Below the pieces are notes generated by a model, which made no database searches, was not told the DNA's origin, and worked only from the letters and a program-made list of their open reading frames with translations. From assembly GCA_013265495.1 (NCBI GenBank), contig MU057711.1, positions 1,798,001-1,862,000 on the forward strand: a stretch of 64,000 nucleotides of DNA, in the 5' to 3' direction. Of this stretch, positions 23,851 through 36,990 are shown piece after piece (the stretch's first letter is position 1; every line of letters starts with the position of its first letter). The stretch is from Vicugna vicugna. Taxonomy: Eukaryota. The position numbers and the translations under genes were made by a program.

Positions 23851-25279
23851 TTTTTCAGGAGGCTACCCCTTATTAGAAATTCTCCATGAAGTCACTTGGT
23901 GAAGTGTTCTTGCAGCTCCCAAACACATGAGAGGTGCCTTTTTGGCTCACTGCAGCCCTGTATGTGGCAAATAGGCCACAGAATTCAGAGCACGTGGACA
24001 CAAGAAGATGACTGGGCCCAGGGTGGACAGATGACCTCACCCTCAGCACCTTCTAAGGACCAGCGTTACCAGTAGAAACAATTACTTTTCCTAAAGCTAC
24101 AGGCCCTTGACAATGCTTGTTCACATCTGATGGGAATCCCACCCTAACCAAGTTTCTGGGGACAGACTATCAAAACTGAAGTGGCTGCTGGAAGCCAGGT
24201 TTGTGTTACAGAGTTTCCTGCATTTCCACCAGCCCCTAAAACTGCAAAGGAGCAGCCCATGGAATCCTCTCCCCAGAGTGAAAGGGTTCGGCAGCAGGGT
24301 TGTTTTAGCCACTGAAAGGAAGAATAATTCTGCTTCTTAATAGGTCCGTAATTAATTCACACATTCAACTGCTAGGTCCAGAAATATGTTTGTGTTGACA
24401 ATTTGCATTCGATGCTTCAAAAACAATCTGTTGTGGTTTTATTTGCCTCACCATCCCAGAAACATCACCACTGTAGAGCACAGGGAACTATATTCAATAG
24501 CTTGGGTGAATAATTCCAATATTCACCCAAGTGCCACAATTCCACTACAGCTTCCTGAGACCCTGCCCGTGGCAACAAGGCAAGGGAAGAAGACTCAGGA
24601 TGCCCAGGTGGGAAAAGTGGGGTTTGTGCAAGAGCTGTCCTCCTTTGAAAGGACAGGACAACCAGATGGCCAGTCAAATCTTGGTCTGTGGCCTCCCAAT
24701 TCCCATGACAGCTTCCAGTCCTCGGCTGCCTGGATGTGAGATCATTCTACAACCCCACATCTCCAACACTGCATCACTGCATCGCTCCTCAACCCTCAAG
24801 CACCAATACTGGCCCACATTTGCCAGCTTTTGCTTCACACCATCAGTGCACCTAGCTGATATGTCAGGTAGGACCCCACCCCGGCTTTCCTTATCAGCTC
24901 CTAAGAGGATAAAATCAGAGTGAGAAGGATCATTAGAGGGGAAAAGAACAGAGGGCGATGCTGGAAGCAGGAACAAGGTATCATTAGCATCAACTTTTAC
25001 ACTGGATGCTGCCAGGCTTGATTTATGACTGCCACCAACAGGTGAGTCAGGGGTCTCACACAGCTCACTGTTCTCTCCCGTTGCAAAGGAAGAGAAGGGG
25101 AGGGAAAGAGGACAGTCTTCGAACCAGTCCTGGCCCAGGTCTGAGCTACAGACCCCCTATCTAAGCTCTAATTTCCCCACAGGCCCTTGACCCCAGCAAC
25201 CTCGTGTAAAAGTTGCTGTGGAATAAAGCAATGTTTTCTAAATGTCCCTGAGACTCTTAGTTGCCTATTCAGTTTCCAG

Positions 25280-28140
25280 ATTTCTCCCCAGGACATAATT
25301 TTCCCTGCCCCTCCAGCTAAGCATAACTAAAAACCCTAGATATTATATATGAAAGAAATATAAGAATATTCTGAAAGGTGGAAAGAAGAAGGCAGAATAG
25401 CCAGGGACACTGGGACTCAAGAAATGACACGGTAGTGAGTACCCGGGGTATTTCTTTTACTTCATATATCTCAGATTGGAGCCCAAGAAGCTGGCAACCA
25501 GGAAACACCAATATATAAAACTATTAAAGCCCCAAGTAAAGCCTGCGCTCTCTAGCCAAAGGACCAGAAATGATACAGCCTGGCAAGACAGAAAACTTGC
25601 AGACAATAACATCTTGCTCCAGCCAAACCCATGGAAAAAGCTATACCCCCATCCCATCCATTCCAGCAAAGGCTGAGCTGGGCACCTAGAAGTCCATGCT
25701 CTTGAGGCTATAACAAGGTACCCAACGTCCCCTCTCCATGGAGTGTTGAAAAAGCCTAGTGGGGTACTGGACTTTCATACTTGCTGGGCCCCTCCCCATG
25801 GTGTCACTGGAGACCATCTGGAGAGCCTGGTCTTCCACCCCTACCCAGCAGTAGCAAAGCGCCCCTACTCATCCTCCTGGTGTCAGTGGAAGCCAGGTGG
25901 GGAGCAGCGATATGGCACTCTTCCCACTATTCAGAGAGGTATCAGTGGAGACCTAGTAGGGAGACTAACCTGGAATTCTTCCCACTTCAATCAAAAATCA
26001 TTCATCCCACCAAGAAGCAGGAAGATCTCAAACTGAATGGAAAAAGACAATTCATACATACCAAAATGGAGATAAAAAAAGATGTTAGCATTAGCTCTCA
26101 AGGAATTTGAAGGAGCCATAACAGAATACTCCAACAATTATAAACACACATGAAACAAATTGAAAAATAGAAAGTTTTGGCAAAGAAATAGGAGATAAAA
26201 GGAAAAAACTAAATGGACATTTTAGAAATGAAAAAAGTAAATAAACACAATTTTTAAAAAATCAGTTATGGGCTCAGCATCAGAAGGGAGAAGACAGAGG
26301 GAAGAACTGGTGAGCTGGAAGCTAGAACCATAAAAATCACCCAATCTGAACATGAAAGAACAAATAATTCTTTTTTGATGAACAGAGCCTCTGGGATTGA
26401 TGAGACTTTAACATTCATGTAATCAGAGTCCTGGAAGGAGAGAAGAAAGGGAGCAGAGTTTAAAAGTACTCAAAAAAAAAAAAAAAGAGAGAGACAAAGG
26501 AAAGAATTTGAGAGCAGAGAAAGAAAAACGGCACCCTACCAGAGTGGAAAAATAATTCAAATGACAGCAGATTTCTCATCAGAAATCATGGAAGCTGGAA
26601 GTGGTACAACATTTTTCAAGTGCTAAAAGAAAGGAAGTGGCAACCTAAAATCTATATCCAGCAAAAATAGCACTCAGTAAAGAAAGAAATCAAAACATCC
26701 TCAGATGAAGGAAAACTAAGAGAATTTATCACCAAAAGATCTACTCTTTAAAAAAAAGTGCCTAAAGGAACTTCTTTCTCTAAACAAAAAGGAAGTAATA
26801 AAAAAAATTCTTACAAGATTAGGAGGGAAAACCCAGTAAGCAAAAATATGGTAAATATAGTAATTTCTCCCCTCCCGTTTGAGTTTTCTAAATTATGTTA
26901 GATGGTTGAAGCAAAAATTGAACACTATCTGATATGGTTCTAAATATATATAGAAGAAATATTTGAAACAATTAGATTATAAATGGGGGAAGATAAAAAG
27001 AAGTAGATTTCTATACTTCACTCAAACTGGTAAAATGATGACATCAGAAGACTTTGATGAGCTATGTTTATATAATGTAAGACCTAAGCAATTATTTAAA
27101 AAGCTATACAAAAAGAAATACTACTGGTAAACTAAATGAAATTCTTAAAAATATTCAAGCAACCCACAGGAAGGCAGGAAGAAGAATACAGAAATGAAAC
27201 ATAGTGAAAACCAACAGAAAACAATATATAAAATGGCAGACTTAAGCTCTAACATATCATTAATTACATTAAATATTAATGGGCAAAATTTACAACTTGA
27301 AAAGACAGAGATTGGCATATGGGGGAGAGAGTGGCCCACCTATATTCTATCTACAAGAAACTCACTTAAAATATACAATATAGTCAGGCTGAAAGCAAAA
27401 GGATAGAATAAGACTACTTTGCAAACATTAACTAAATGAGAACAGGAGGACTATGCTAATATTAGACAATGTAGGCTTCAGAGCAAAAGAGATAAAATAA
27501 AATAAAATAAAGTACCAGAGATAGAGAGGGACATTGTATTCTAATAAAGGAGTTAATCTATCAAGAAAACAAAGCAATCTTAAATATGTATGCATCAAAC
27601 AATACAACTGCAAAATACGTGAAATAAAAGCTAATAAAACTGAAAAGAAAAATAGACATGTCCACAATTATAGTAGAACATTTCAACACCTCTCACTCAG
27701 TGATTGATAAACCAACTAGATACAAAATCAGCAAGGATACAGAAGAATTCAACAACACCATCAACCAATAAGATCTAATTGACATTGACTGAACATGTCA
27801 CCCCCAAACAGCAGAATACACAAATATCCCAAAGATAATGTACACTTAAATGTGATTCCATTTATACAACATTCTGGAAATGGCAAATTTATGGAATCAG
27901 AGAACAGATTAGCGCTTTCCAGAGGTTAAGGAAAAGGGAGTGGGGCAGGAAAGAAGTGGCTATGGCTTTAAAGGGAAAGCACGAGGGATTTTTGTGGTGA
28001 TAAGAATGTTCTGTAGCTTGAGTATACGGATGTCAATAACCTAGATACTGTACTCTCATTTTACAAACTATTACCGTTGGAGGAAACTGAATCTCCATGT
28101 GAATTTACAGCTATCTCAAAATTAAAAGTTTAATTAAGTT
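25280..28140 (+). mobile_element. Ancient L1 (L1MD-like): 5' region, decayed ORF1, ORF2 start, large internal deletion, 3' UTR
   Basis: ORF1-like remnants at ~26050-26760. ORF2 endonuclease N-terminus MADLSSNISLITLNING starts at ATG 27233. The 3' UTR ends atctcaaaattaaaagtttaattaa. Confidence 0.8.
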
Positions 28141-28255
28141 AAAACTTTTATAAGGATGGAAAAAGGACCATAACGAGCTTCAAAGGAAGGGGCGGGGGTG
28201 GGAGCACCACTGTTCTTCCCTTGAGGCTTAAAGGATTGTGGGGAGAGGGGATAGA

Positions 28256-28448
28256 TAGGGTTGCCAGGTAAAACACAGGATGGCTGGTTAAATTTAAGTT
28301 TCAGATAAACAACAAAAAACTTTTTAGTATTAGTATGTCCCATGCAATATTGGTGACACATTTCACCTAAAAAATTACTTGTTGTTCATTTGGAATTCAG
28401 ATTTAACTAGCCATCTTGTATTTTTGTTTGCTAAATCTGAAAACCCTA
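28256..28448. mobile_element. MER53 (hAT MITE), near full length, quasi-palindromic
   Basis: Ends tagggttgccag...ctgaaaacccta; internal inverted arms (gttaaattt / gatttaac, aacaacaa / ttgttgtt). Confidence 0.85.
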
Positions 28449-29429
28449 GGAGGGAAGAATAGGACACAGGCACTTGGAGACTGGAGAGGCAGGGCAGACC
28501 CGGGGAGAAGTAAGAAAGACTTAAGGAGAGAGGCCAGAGAGCAGGCAAAGGGATGCTGGGGGACCACAAAAACATCCAGGCTGGGCATACTTAGGAGAGG
28601 AGGAAGGCAGACCTTAGCGTGGGAGGTCCACAAGCTGCTGGGTTTATGGAGCTCTGCTGGCGAAACTACCCTCTGTGGGTGGTCCACACAGAATCCAGAG
28701 AAAAGGCAAAAGAGTGAATGCTTGAGTCTCTGGTGCTGATCTGGGCTGGAGGGAGCGTGACAGCCCTTCAAGGGGACCCTCTAGGCACTAGGAGCAGCTC
28801 CCAATTAACCCCGGGTAGCTCCCTCAGCACCTGGGTTGCTCTCATGATCATGTGACCCCGTGTGCTAGGGCAGGGCATGCAGACCAGCGGGCTCAAGTGT
28901 TCATCCTCTGAGCTGCCAAGGGCTGGCACCTGCGATTGTAGGCTCAGCATGGTCACAGAGGGGCTCAGTTTGTCCTCTCTAAACAAGGGCTCCATTATCA
29001 TCATCATTACCTTTAATTAGTCCCTACAACAGGGACTAATAATAATAATATTAATGTTAATAGCTACCATTTACTCAGAACTTACAAATGCTAGGCACTT
29101 TTCATATATTTTAACTCATTTAATCCTCTAAACAGCTCCCAAATGGTAGGGGTGGTGTCCCTCTACTGTTTGTGCTGCCCCCTCCTTGTGGAAATAGAAA
29201 GCCTCTCTCTTTTCAAGAATATCCTCCCTTTTCCCATCGTGGGGGACGAGGGGTTGACCCTGGCCCACCCCAGCGTCCAGGGAGGGCAGGTGGTGCCAGT
29301 CCAACCAATCAACCCACTCCAACCCCCTGGCCACAATGATTGCCTCCCGGGCAGCTTTAGGACACTTTATAGGCAGTAGGCCTTGGTCCTGAAACTTTTT
29401 CTACTGATGAAGCAGCACGTGCCCCTCTC

Positions 29430-29685
29430 TGCTGGGACTGCTGGGTAGGGAGAGTATGGCTGTCACTGGCACCAGGAGAGCCCTCCTGGGAATGACGGCA
29501 ACAAAGAGGAAGCAGAGCTCAGAGGTAGGAAAGAGACAGATTGGTGATGAGAACCCCTAGATCCAGCCATGCCTGAAGCCTGTTATCCAAGGTATCATTT
29601 ACAGGAACCAATAATTCTTTTTAATGCTTTAGTCAGTGTGAGTTGGATCTCCTGACTTGTCACAGAAAGACACCTGCCTAAACTG
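29430..29685 (+). mobile_element. MaLR LTR (MLT1J/K-like) fragment
   Basis: agaggaagcagagctcagag...ccctagatccagccatgcctgaagcc...ccaataattc...gagttgga...acttgtcacagaaaga. Confidence 0.7.
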
Positions 29686-31069
29686 CTATGTTAGTATAGT
29701 TATGTTAAGATAGGGACATTTAATAGACGCAGAGCTGAAGCATACAAAGGTGAAATACCTTAGTTATCCATGAGCTGGGACTGCTCCTAACTACCCTGAT
29801 TCACTGTAGAGTTGTACATTCTGTGTGTATGTGCGTATGTGTCCTCACACGGGCCGGCATATGCATTCTCTATTTCTCATTAATATTCACATCTACAGCA
29901 GATTGAGCAAACTATTGGTACTTCATAAAGATCTTCTGGATAAACTGAAATCATAACTTCCTAAAGGAGTCTCTATTTAGAAAATGCTCCCATCAGTGAC
30001 CTCAGATTCTCACTACGACTCACAGTGTGTCTTTGGGGAGTCACTTCCCTTCTCTGTACTTTGGCTTCCCCAGGCAGATGAGCTGGAAACCACACCAGGT
30101 GGGGCACCTGTGAGACTGGTCAGCCAGTGAGGGACACCCCGACACCTTCAAGGGAGGTGTCTGCGGTTGGAAGAGGAGGCCCCCTCACTTTTTCCCTGCT
30201 GGACACCAGGGACCCACGAGGAAGAGAGCCCTGGCCAAGCATCCAGGGCCCAATGTGAGGCTCTGGCACCTACTGGGAACTCAGGGCAGAGCAGGCCAAG
30301 CCCTGGGGTTGCAGGGCCCTTGTTTTCTGCCGTCACTCCAGTGAGGCTTGGCCAGAAGCAGACACGAGGGAAATTGCTCATGTGTCAGCTGCTCCCAAGC
30401 AGCCAAATGACCATAAAGGGCATTCAACAAAGTCAACACAACAACATGGGCCTCCAAGCCCACGGCAATGGAGAACAAGAGAGGGCTGGGCTGCGGGCTG
30501 GCCCACGCAAGAGGGTGCCAGGGCCCCAGGCTCTGCCACTACAGGACTGGCTCCAATGCTATCAACTCTCCATCCTTCCTCGACTCCCGTCTGGCTCCCT
30601 CCTCTTAGCCTAGAAACGTAACTCTGGTCTTTCCCTCTTCAAAACGCAAAAGCTTCCTCTGACCCTTGGACGCCTCTGCTCCTGTCCACCGCCCTCCCTT
30701 CCCAGCCTGGAACCTGGAAAGGCAAGTCTTCACTGCTGGTCTCCCTGGCTCCTCTCAACGTGTTCCTGAGTCCAATTCTACTGATCCTGCTCATGCTTAG
30801 GACAGTCCAGCAGCCCCCTCTTCAGCCTGCCTCCACGGGCCTCTCTGCAGCCCCTCACATTGCTGCCCAGAAGCACCTTGCTCTCTCAGCATGGTTGACA
30901 CCACCTTCCTCACGCCCTTCACGTCTCCCAGCTGCCTTCCTGTCTGTGCCGATGCCTCTAAACCCTTCTCCAGCCTGGGGCCTTCCTCCTGAGCTCCCCG
31001 CCCATGTGGCCAACAGCCGGTCAGACACCAACACTCAGAGGCCAAATTAACAAACAAAGTGTGATGGAG

Positions 31070-31280
31070 GAGGAGGAGTAAAGAGGATTCCAGGCTCTGA
31101 AATCACACTGCCTGAGTTCAAACCCCCCTCTGCAACTTACTGACATTGCACATGTCCCCTGGATTCCCCATGTATAAAAGGGGGAGAATAAGAGTGCCCC
31201 CTTTTGTACATGGGGTGCAATGACACGTGTAGATCTTGCTAGCAGGGCCTGGTACTCAGGAAGCCACATCAGATGTTGTT
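31070..31280 (+). mobile_element. MIR SINE
   Basis: ggctctgaaatcacactgcctgagttcaaaccc...tccccatgtataaaaggggag. Confidence 0.6.
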
Positions 31281-34200
31281 ACTAGAATCATCATTCTAAT
31301 AACCCCAGCAGTTTGGTACCATCTTCTACCTGTCACTCAAAATCTGGTCACATGAGACTTTGGAGTCTTTCCTAACTTCTCCCCTTCCCATTTCCATTCA
31401 GTTGCCAAATCCTGCTGGTTTTGCCTCTTAAGTATTTCTCCAACCCAGACCCTCCTAACCAACATCCTCATCTTCTCTCGCCTGTTCCACCACAGTCTTT
31501 TCTCTCACCCAGCCACCTCCTGCCTCACGATTTATTCTGTAGCGATACTGGATAATTTACAATTTCCCCCACAAACTACACGGGCCTCTTCTCTATGAAC
31601 TGGCTTATGCTACTTTCTCTGCCTAGAAGGCCCCCCACACCTTATTTTCCACCTTCCAAGAGCCTGATGAGGTGTCACTTCCTCCTGGAAGGTTTCCTGG
31701 AATGCCCAAATTGGGCAGCATGTCTGTCCTTTGAGCTTCCATGTCTTAGACTCTGTGACGCGATATTAACTTGTCCTGTGAGGTTACCACTGCCTGAACT
31801 CAGCTGGAAGTTCCTCACTGAGGATCTTGACCATGTTTACTGAACTGAGATTACTGTTAGAGAAAATCCCACCTACAGAGGCCCTTTTAAAAAAAAAAAG
31901 GACGAAATCTATGAAAACGAGAAAATTTTCCACTCTTTCAAAATCCAGAACAGATGGATTCTTCATAAACCAAGGTACTTGATCACCAGCTTTCTTAAAC
32001 CAACTAACGAGCTTCAAAGTCAGGGCAACTGAGTCCTCTCGTGCACGGGGACTGAGAGGAGGGAAGTGGCCATGGCCTACTTGGGGAATTTTTTAAAAAG
32101 AAGAAAGAAGGAAAGCAAGAATTGGATGATAGGCTCTCTGTACAAGCTTGTTATTCTGACAGAACAGTCCCAGAACTTGAAACGTGATCTCTGGGGGGAG
32201 AGGGAGACGGTTTTATCACATATTAAGGTTAGGCAGATGTTTTGGGTCTGGTGTTACCCGAATCAAAAGCACCACAAAGAGCCTAGCACAGCCGCGCTCA
32301 GCAACGTGCGTTGCCAACAGAAAGTCAACAGGAACCTTTTCTTCCCTTTTTCTCTTCCTTTTCACATGTTTTCCTCTTCAGTTATATTTGAGGGCTTTTG
32401 TATTTCCCTGGTGTGGAGGTAAGGCACTGATTTCCACACCAGACCTTCCTTCCCCTCCCAAAACACTGCAGGCTAGGTCTTCAGCAAGGGCTCTGGGTGT
32501 GGGAACAGCTGAAGAAAGAAGGGTACCCCGTCTGCAAGGGGGCTTCCAATATGTCTCCTGGGGTGTGCTTCTTAAAGCCTCAGAAGGCAGAAAACCTCTC
32601 TCCCTCATATACACACACACCCTGAGCAGACCCTTCCCCTCCGGGTGGACCAGGGCCCATCCTGCCACAGTGCTGGGGAGGACAGACCAGGACCACCCAC
32701 ACAGCATGGGGGCATTTTAAAGGCCTGAGCAGGAGGTGGGAGAGGCTGACCTTCCAAATGCCCCCCATATTTTCACCGCCAACAGCAAAGCTCAGGCCTT
32801 AAGAGGCACCCAGGGAAAGGGGCTGACGTGACCAAGAAAATAACGTCTTCGGAATGAGTAATGCCCCACCGGGACAGGCCTGGCTCTGGCCTGGCTGCCT
32901 GCCAGAGGGTCCACAGCCACTTTCCAAGGACAAGGAGGGCAAACGTCCCTGACAACTTTCCCCAAGGACTGTCCCTTCCCAGCCCTGCCCCTCCTCGGGA
33001 CTCTTCCCAGGGGCCCATAGAGCCCTAAGTAAGGACACCAGGGCCCAAAGGCTGAGTCACTCCCTTGGGGCCAGCCTGGGTCACAGCAAGTTCGTTATTT
33101 CAAGGACAAGTTCTCAGACCTCTTGTCCAGCCATCGGCCTGACAGGAGCCGAGAGGAGAGATGTCCACAGCAGAAGAGGAGAGGGCAGGCCTCCCCCTGC
33201 AAGCCAGCTTCCCCAGCATCTGAGGGTCTGAGTGCCCTGGGGGCTGTTCATGCCTTGTACATACATGTTCAACACACATGGGGAGACACTCCTCCTTCCC
33301 CAGGCACTGGGGGTGGGGGGCCTGGCCCAGAGGCAGGGCCCCCCACAAGCCTTCCTCAGCAAGCCCAAGAGATCCCAAGGCAGGGGCCTCCTGCAGAGCC
33401 ATTTTCCAGGAGGCCCATCCCCCCAGAGTAAAGCCAGGTCATCCTGGCAGGAGGTGGCAGAACAGAGCCCTGGGCTGCTCCAAGTTTTTGATGTGCCTGC
33501 TAGGGGAGAGGGTGTCTGAAACCATTTCAAAAGCTGAGGGAAGCCCAGAGAAGGGGGCCTCATTCTCTGTGGGGAGGGGGATTTCAAAGGAGACCCCGCT
33601 GCTGAAAGGTTTCAAAAGACCCCTTGCCTTTCTATCAGCTCCAAATCACTCCCTCGCCGGCAGCAGCCAGGAGAGGGGTGCTGGGAAAATGTTTCCAAGG
33701 AGACGTGTCCCTGAGTCATCATAACTCCCAGGGTCTGGAGGCTGCAAAGCCACGCAGAGGCCCCCCGCTATAAAAAGGCCAGTTTAGAGTCCCCTGGGGG
33801 AGGTCTCCTGCAGTCCGGGTCCCTGGGGGTGCCTGCCTCAGACCCCCAGTGCCCTGAGTTTATGAGAAGGCCGCCAAGCTGAACGAACAGCGCCATGTCT
33901 ACCCGCCGAGTCCCCTTGGTGCCACTAAGGGGGGCTTTTACCCCCGCCAGCTCCAGGCAGCCACTCTGGCTCGGGCCATTTAGCAGGGGAAGCTGTCCAC
34001 AGGGACACTGGCCCCAACAGTTTCTACTGGGGCTGCAGTGCCAGCTCCTAACCAGGGCCCCTGTGCCCACCTCTCTTCCATTCACACCTCCCACCATCAC
34101 CACCCCCCACCCCTGCCACCTTCCCCAAGCCACCAGGGCCAGGAGGCAGACAGCACAGACCAAATATAAGTTCTACACCTCCCTCCTCCCTTGTCCCCTT

Positions 34201-36399
34201 GCCTCATTCCCTCACCCCTGGACCAGACCAGACAGGACTCTGTTATCATCCCATCTTCTCCCCCACAACTCTGCAGCCAGATCAGTCTCCCTAAAACACT
34301 CAGCCACATCCAGGCCATTCTCTGCTCCAAAACCTTCGATGGCTCCCTAGCACCTCAGTCCAAGGTTGCACACTCAGGTCACTGCAGGTGCCAGGTGGAG
34401 GGCACGAATGAGCAAAGCATCCCCTTCAAACACAACAGGGACTGGTGGGGCCAGTGGGGCCTGGGAACACACCATCCCAGCTGCTGCCCAGCTCCTATCA
34501 ACTGGGCCATGTGGGAATGCGGGCTCTGGAGGCCGTCTCTTCTGGTTTTTCAAGAGAAACCAAATAAAACATTCACCAAGGGGTCTCTAGCTTTGGACCC
34601 AGCCTACAGGGTCTTCAAGGCCCTCCACAGTCCAGCCCCAAGCCAACTCCCCACCCTCACTGCCCACAATGCCACATATGCGATAACTCCATCCTGGCCA
34701 GGTCAGGCTCCTCCGGTGGCCCAACTTCACCTCCTCTGCTCCTGCCTCTGAGCTCTGCTCACCCCACAGTCCTCCCACAGAAGTTGCTCCCCAACTTCTC
34801 AGCCTAACAACCCATCCTTCAAGGACCCCCCTCCTCCTTATGCTGAGTCCTCCGAGGGCCCTGTTCTCTAGTGACTGTCCTTCCTTGCCAAGGCTACTCC
34901 CTCTGCCACGGATGGCCCTGACCCATAGAGAAAACTCCTCTTCATTCTTCAATACCCAGGCCTTCCCAATGCACCTATTTGAATCCAGCAGTCCCTGTTC
35001 CAGTAGCACCAACTGACAGTACAGTGCTTATCTGGATGCCCATCAGGGAAGGGAACCCCTGAGGGTAGGGCTGGATCTCTCCTACCACAACCCATAACAG
35101 GGGAGCCATGCACAGTGGAGAGAGCCTGGCTTTTATTCAATCCCGGTTCTGTTACTTTCTGACCAGAAGAACTTCAGTAAATCATTCAGCTTCCTCTATG
35201 AGATGGAATAAAATTCCTGGCTTGTGGTGGGGCTCAGTGTATGGCAGCTGTCAGCATCCTTACCCAATGGGACCTCCCTCCATTGCACATGGTGTGGACC
35301 GTGGTGGCTTCTTGGGATGCTGTGAAGTCTCTGAGGGCAGGGACCTTGTCCCCTTCACTCTCCATCACCCACAGAGACTACTCCAGCTCTCTACATACAG
35401 CAAGTGTTTGATGTTCTTTGATGGCTGGAGGTGATGAGGCCAGGGAAGGGAGGGCAGGTAGAGAGGACAGGGGAGAGTGAGAGGAGGTACCACCCTGCCA
35501 CCCGAGATGTGGCTCCAGCAAGTCCCTAGCCCATGCCTCGTGGACATGCACCAAGGGCCCACATGTAAGACTTTCTGCAACTGCATGAACGTCTTGCCTG
35601 GACACTCAGGTTCTAAGACCAACAGCTCCTTGCTGCCTGCTCCTCAGGCCCCTACTCCCCACGCATCCTGAGAGCCAGGCCAGCTCACCGCACTGCAGAG
35701 CAGGCTTGGGCAAGGGGCCCTGTCCAGCCACCACCAGCCAGGACTTCGTCCTCCATTCACACAAAGGCCCAAGTGCCAATCAAACCCTCCTTTCCCATTC
35801 CCCACCACTCTAGTTAAGAGCAACCCCTTGCCTTCCACCTGAGGACACACAGCTCCCAGGCTCTGCACAAAAGGAAAGGTGAAAGAGAGGAGGGAGGAGG
35901 GGAGAAACACCTTTGAAATCACTGTGGTCCAATTAGCCAGCCTCTCGCCCTCCGTGCTTACAAACAGGAGCACACATTAACACCTGCTACAAAAGCAAAC
36001 ATTTTTAGACATCTTCATTTCACCTCCCTGACACTCTCGTGAAAGCGATCGCAGCAGCCAGTGACTGACAGGGTAGCTTCCTTCTTCTACTTCAGCAGGG
36101 GACTTTCAAACAGAAGAAATTAAAAAGTCACCAATCTCCCTGTCAGGCGGCACTCCCAGGGCCCTACCCGCCCATCCTCTGGCCCCTCGGCACCGGGCAT
36201 CCAGTCGGGGTCAGCGCCTTCCGGGGACCTGCTCCGAGTCACTGGGAGGCTGGGCACCAAGCTCACTGAGATGGCTACGCTGCCGCTGGGCAGGGACCAG
36301 GGGACCGCACTCACTCTGAGCATAGCTTCACTAAAGAGCCTTTGCAATGGCTCTTACAACGTGCCTGTGGAGGACGGCACAGACGTGGAACAGCTCTCA

Positions 36400-36990
36400 C
36401 AGGCTGAGTGGGGAGCAAAGTTCCCTACAACTGCTTTGGAAGTTTATTTGTCTGTATCTACTGAAGGCGAACCTACTCATAGCCTACGACCCACCACTAT
36501 CAGTCCGAGAGCTATCCCTATGAAAACCACCTGCGTGTGCTCGCCAAAGCTGCATGAAAGAATGCTCACAGCAGCACGCTATTTGAAACAATTCCCAAAT
36601 GGGAACTACTCAGATGCCCTTCATGATGTGTAGCAAGAAGAGATAAATGGTGATAGGCTCACAAGATGGAATATTACACACCAGTGAGAAGGGGGCGATG
36701 TCCAATTACAAGCACTAATGTGAACACGAAAAACATCAGACACTAGTGAGCAGATCCTATGTGATCTCATTTATATAAAATATAAAACAACCAAAAGTAA
36801 CCTATGCTGTTAGACATCAGGATAATGAGGCCTTTCTGTTGGTCGGGGGAGGGTCTGGAGGGGGCTGAGAGGGGGGCTTTTGGGATGCAGGAATAGTCTG
36901 TTTCTTCACCTGGGCACTGGTGATATAAGTGTGCTCAGTGCACGAGGCTCCACTGAGCTGTACACTTAAATGGACCTTTTTAAATGGATG
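36400..36990 (+). mobile_element. L1ME-like 3' fragment
   Basis: acaactgctttggaa...cctacgaccca...aagaatgctcacagcagcac...atggaatattacaca...ttagacatcaggataatg...tgagctgtacactta. Confidence 0.75.

Noticed and set aside
27194..27406. Functional L1 ORF2
   Set aside because: Frameshifted and stopped within ~60 codons of the ORF2 start; RT region deleted.
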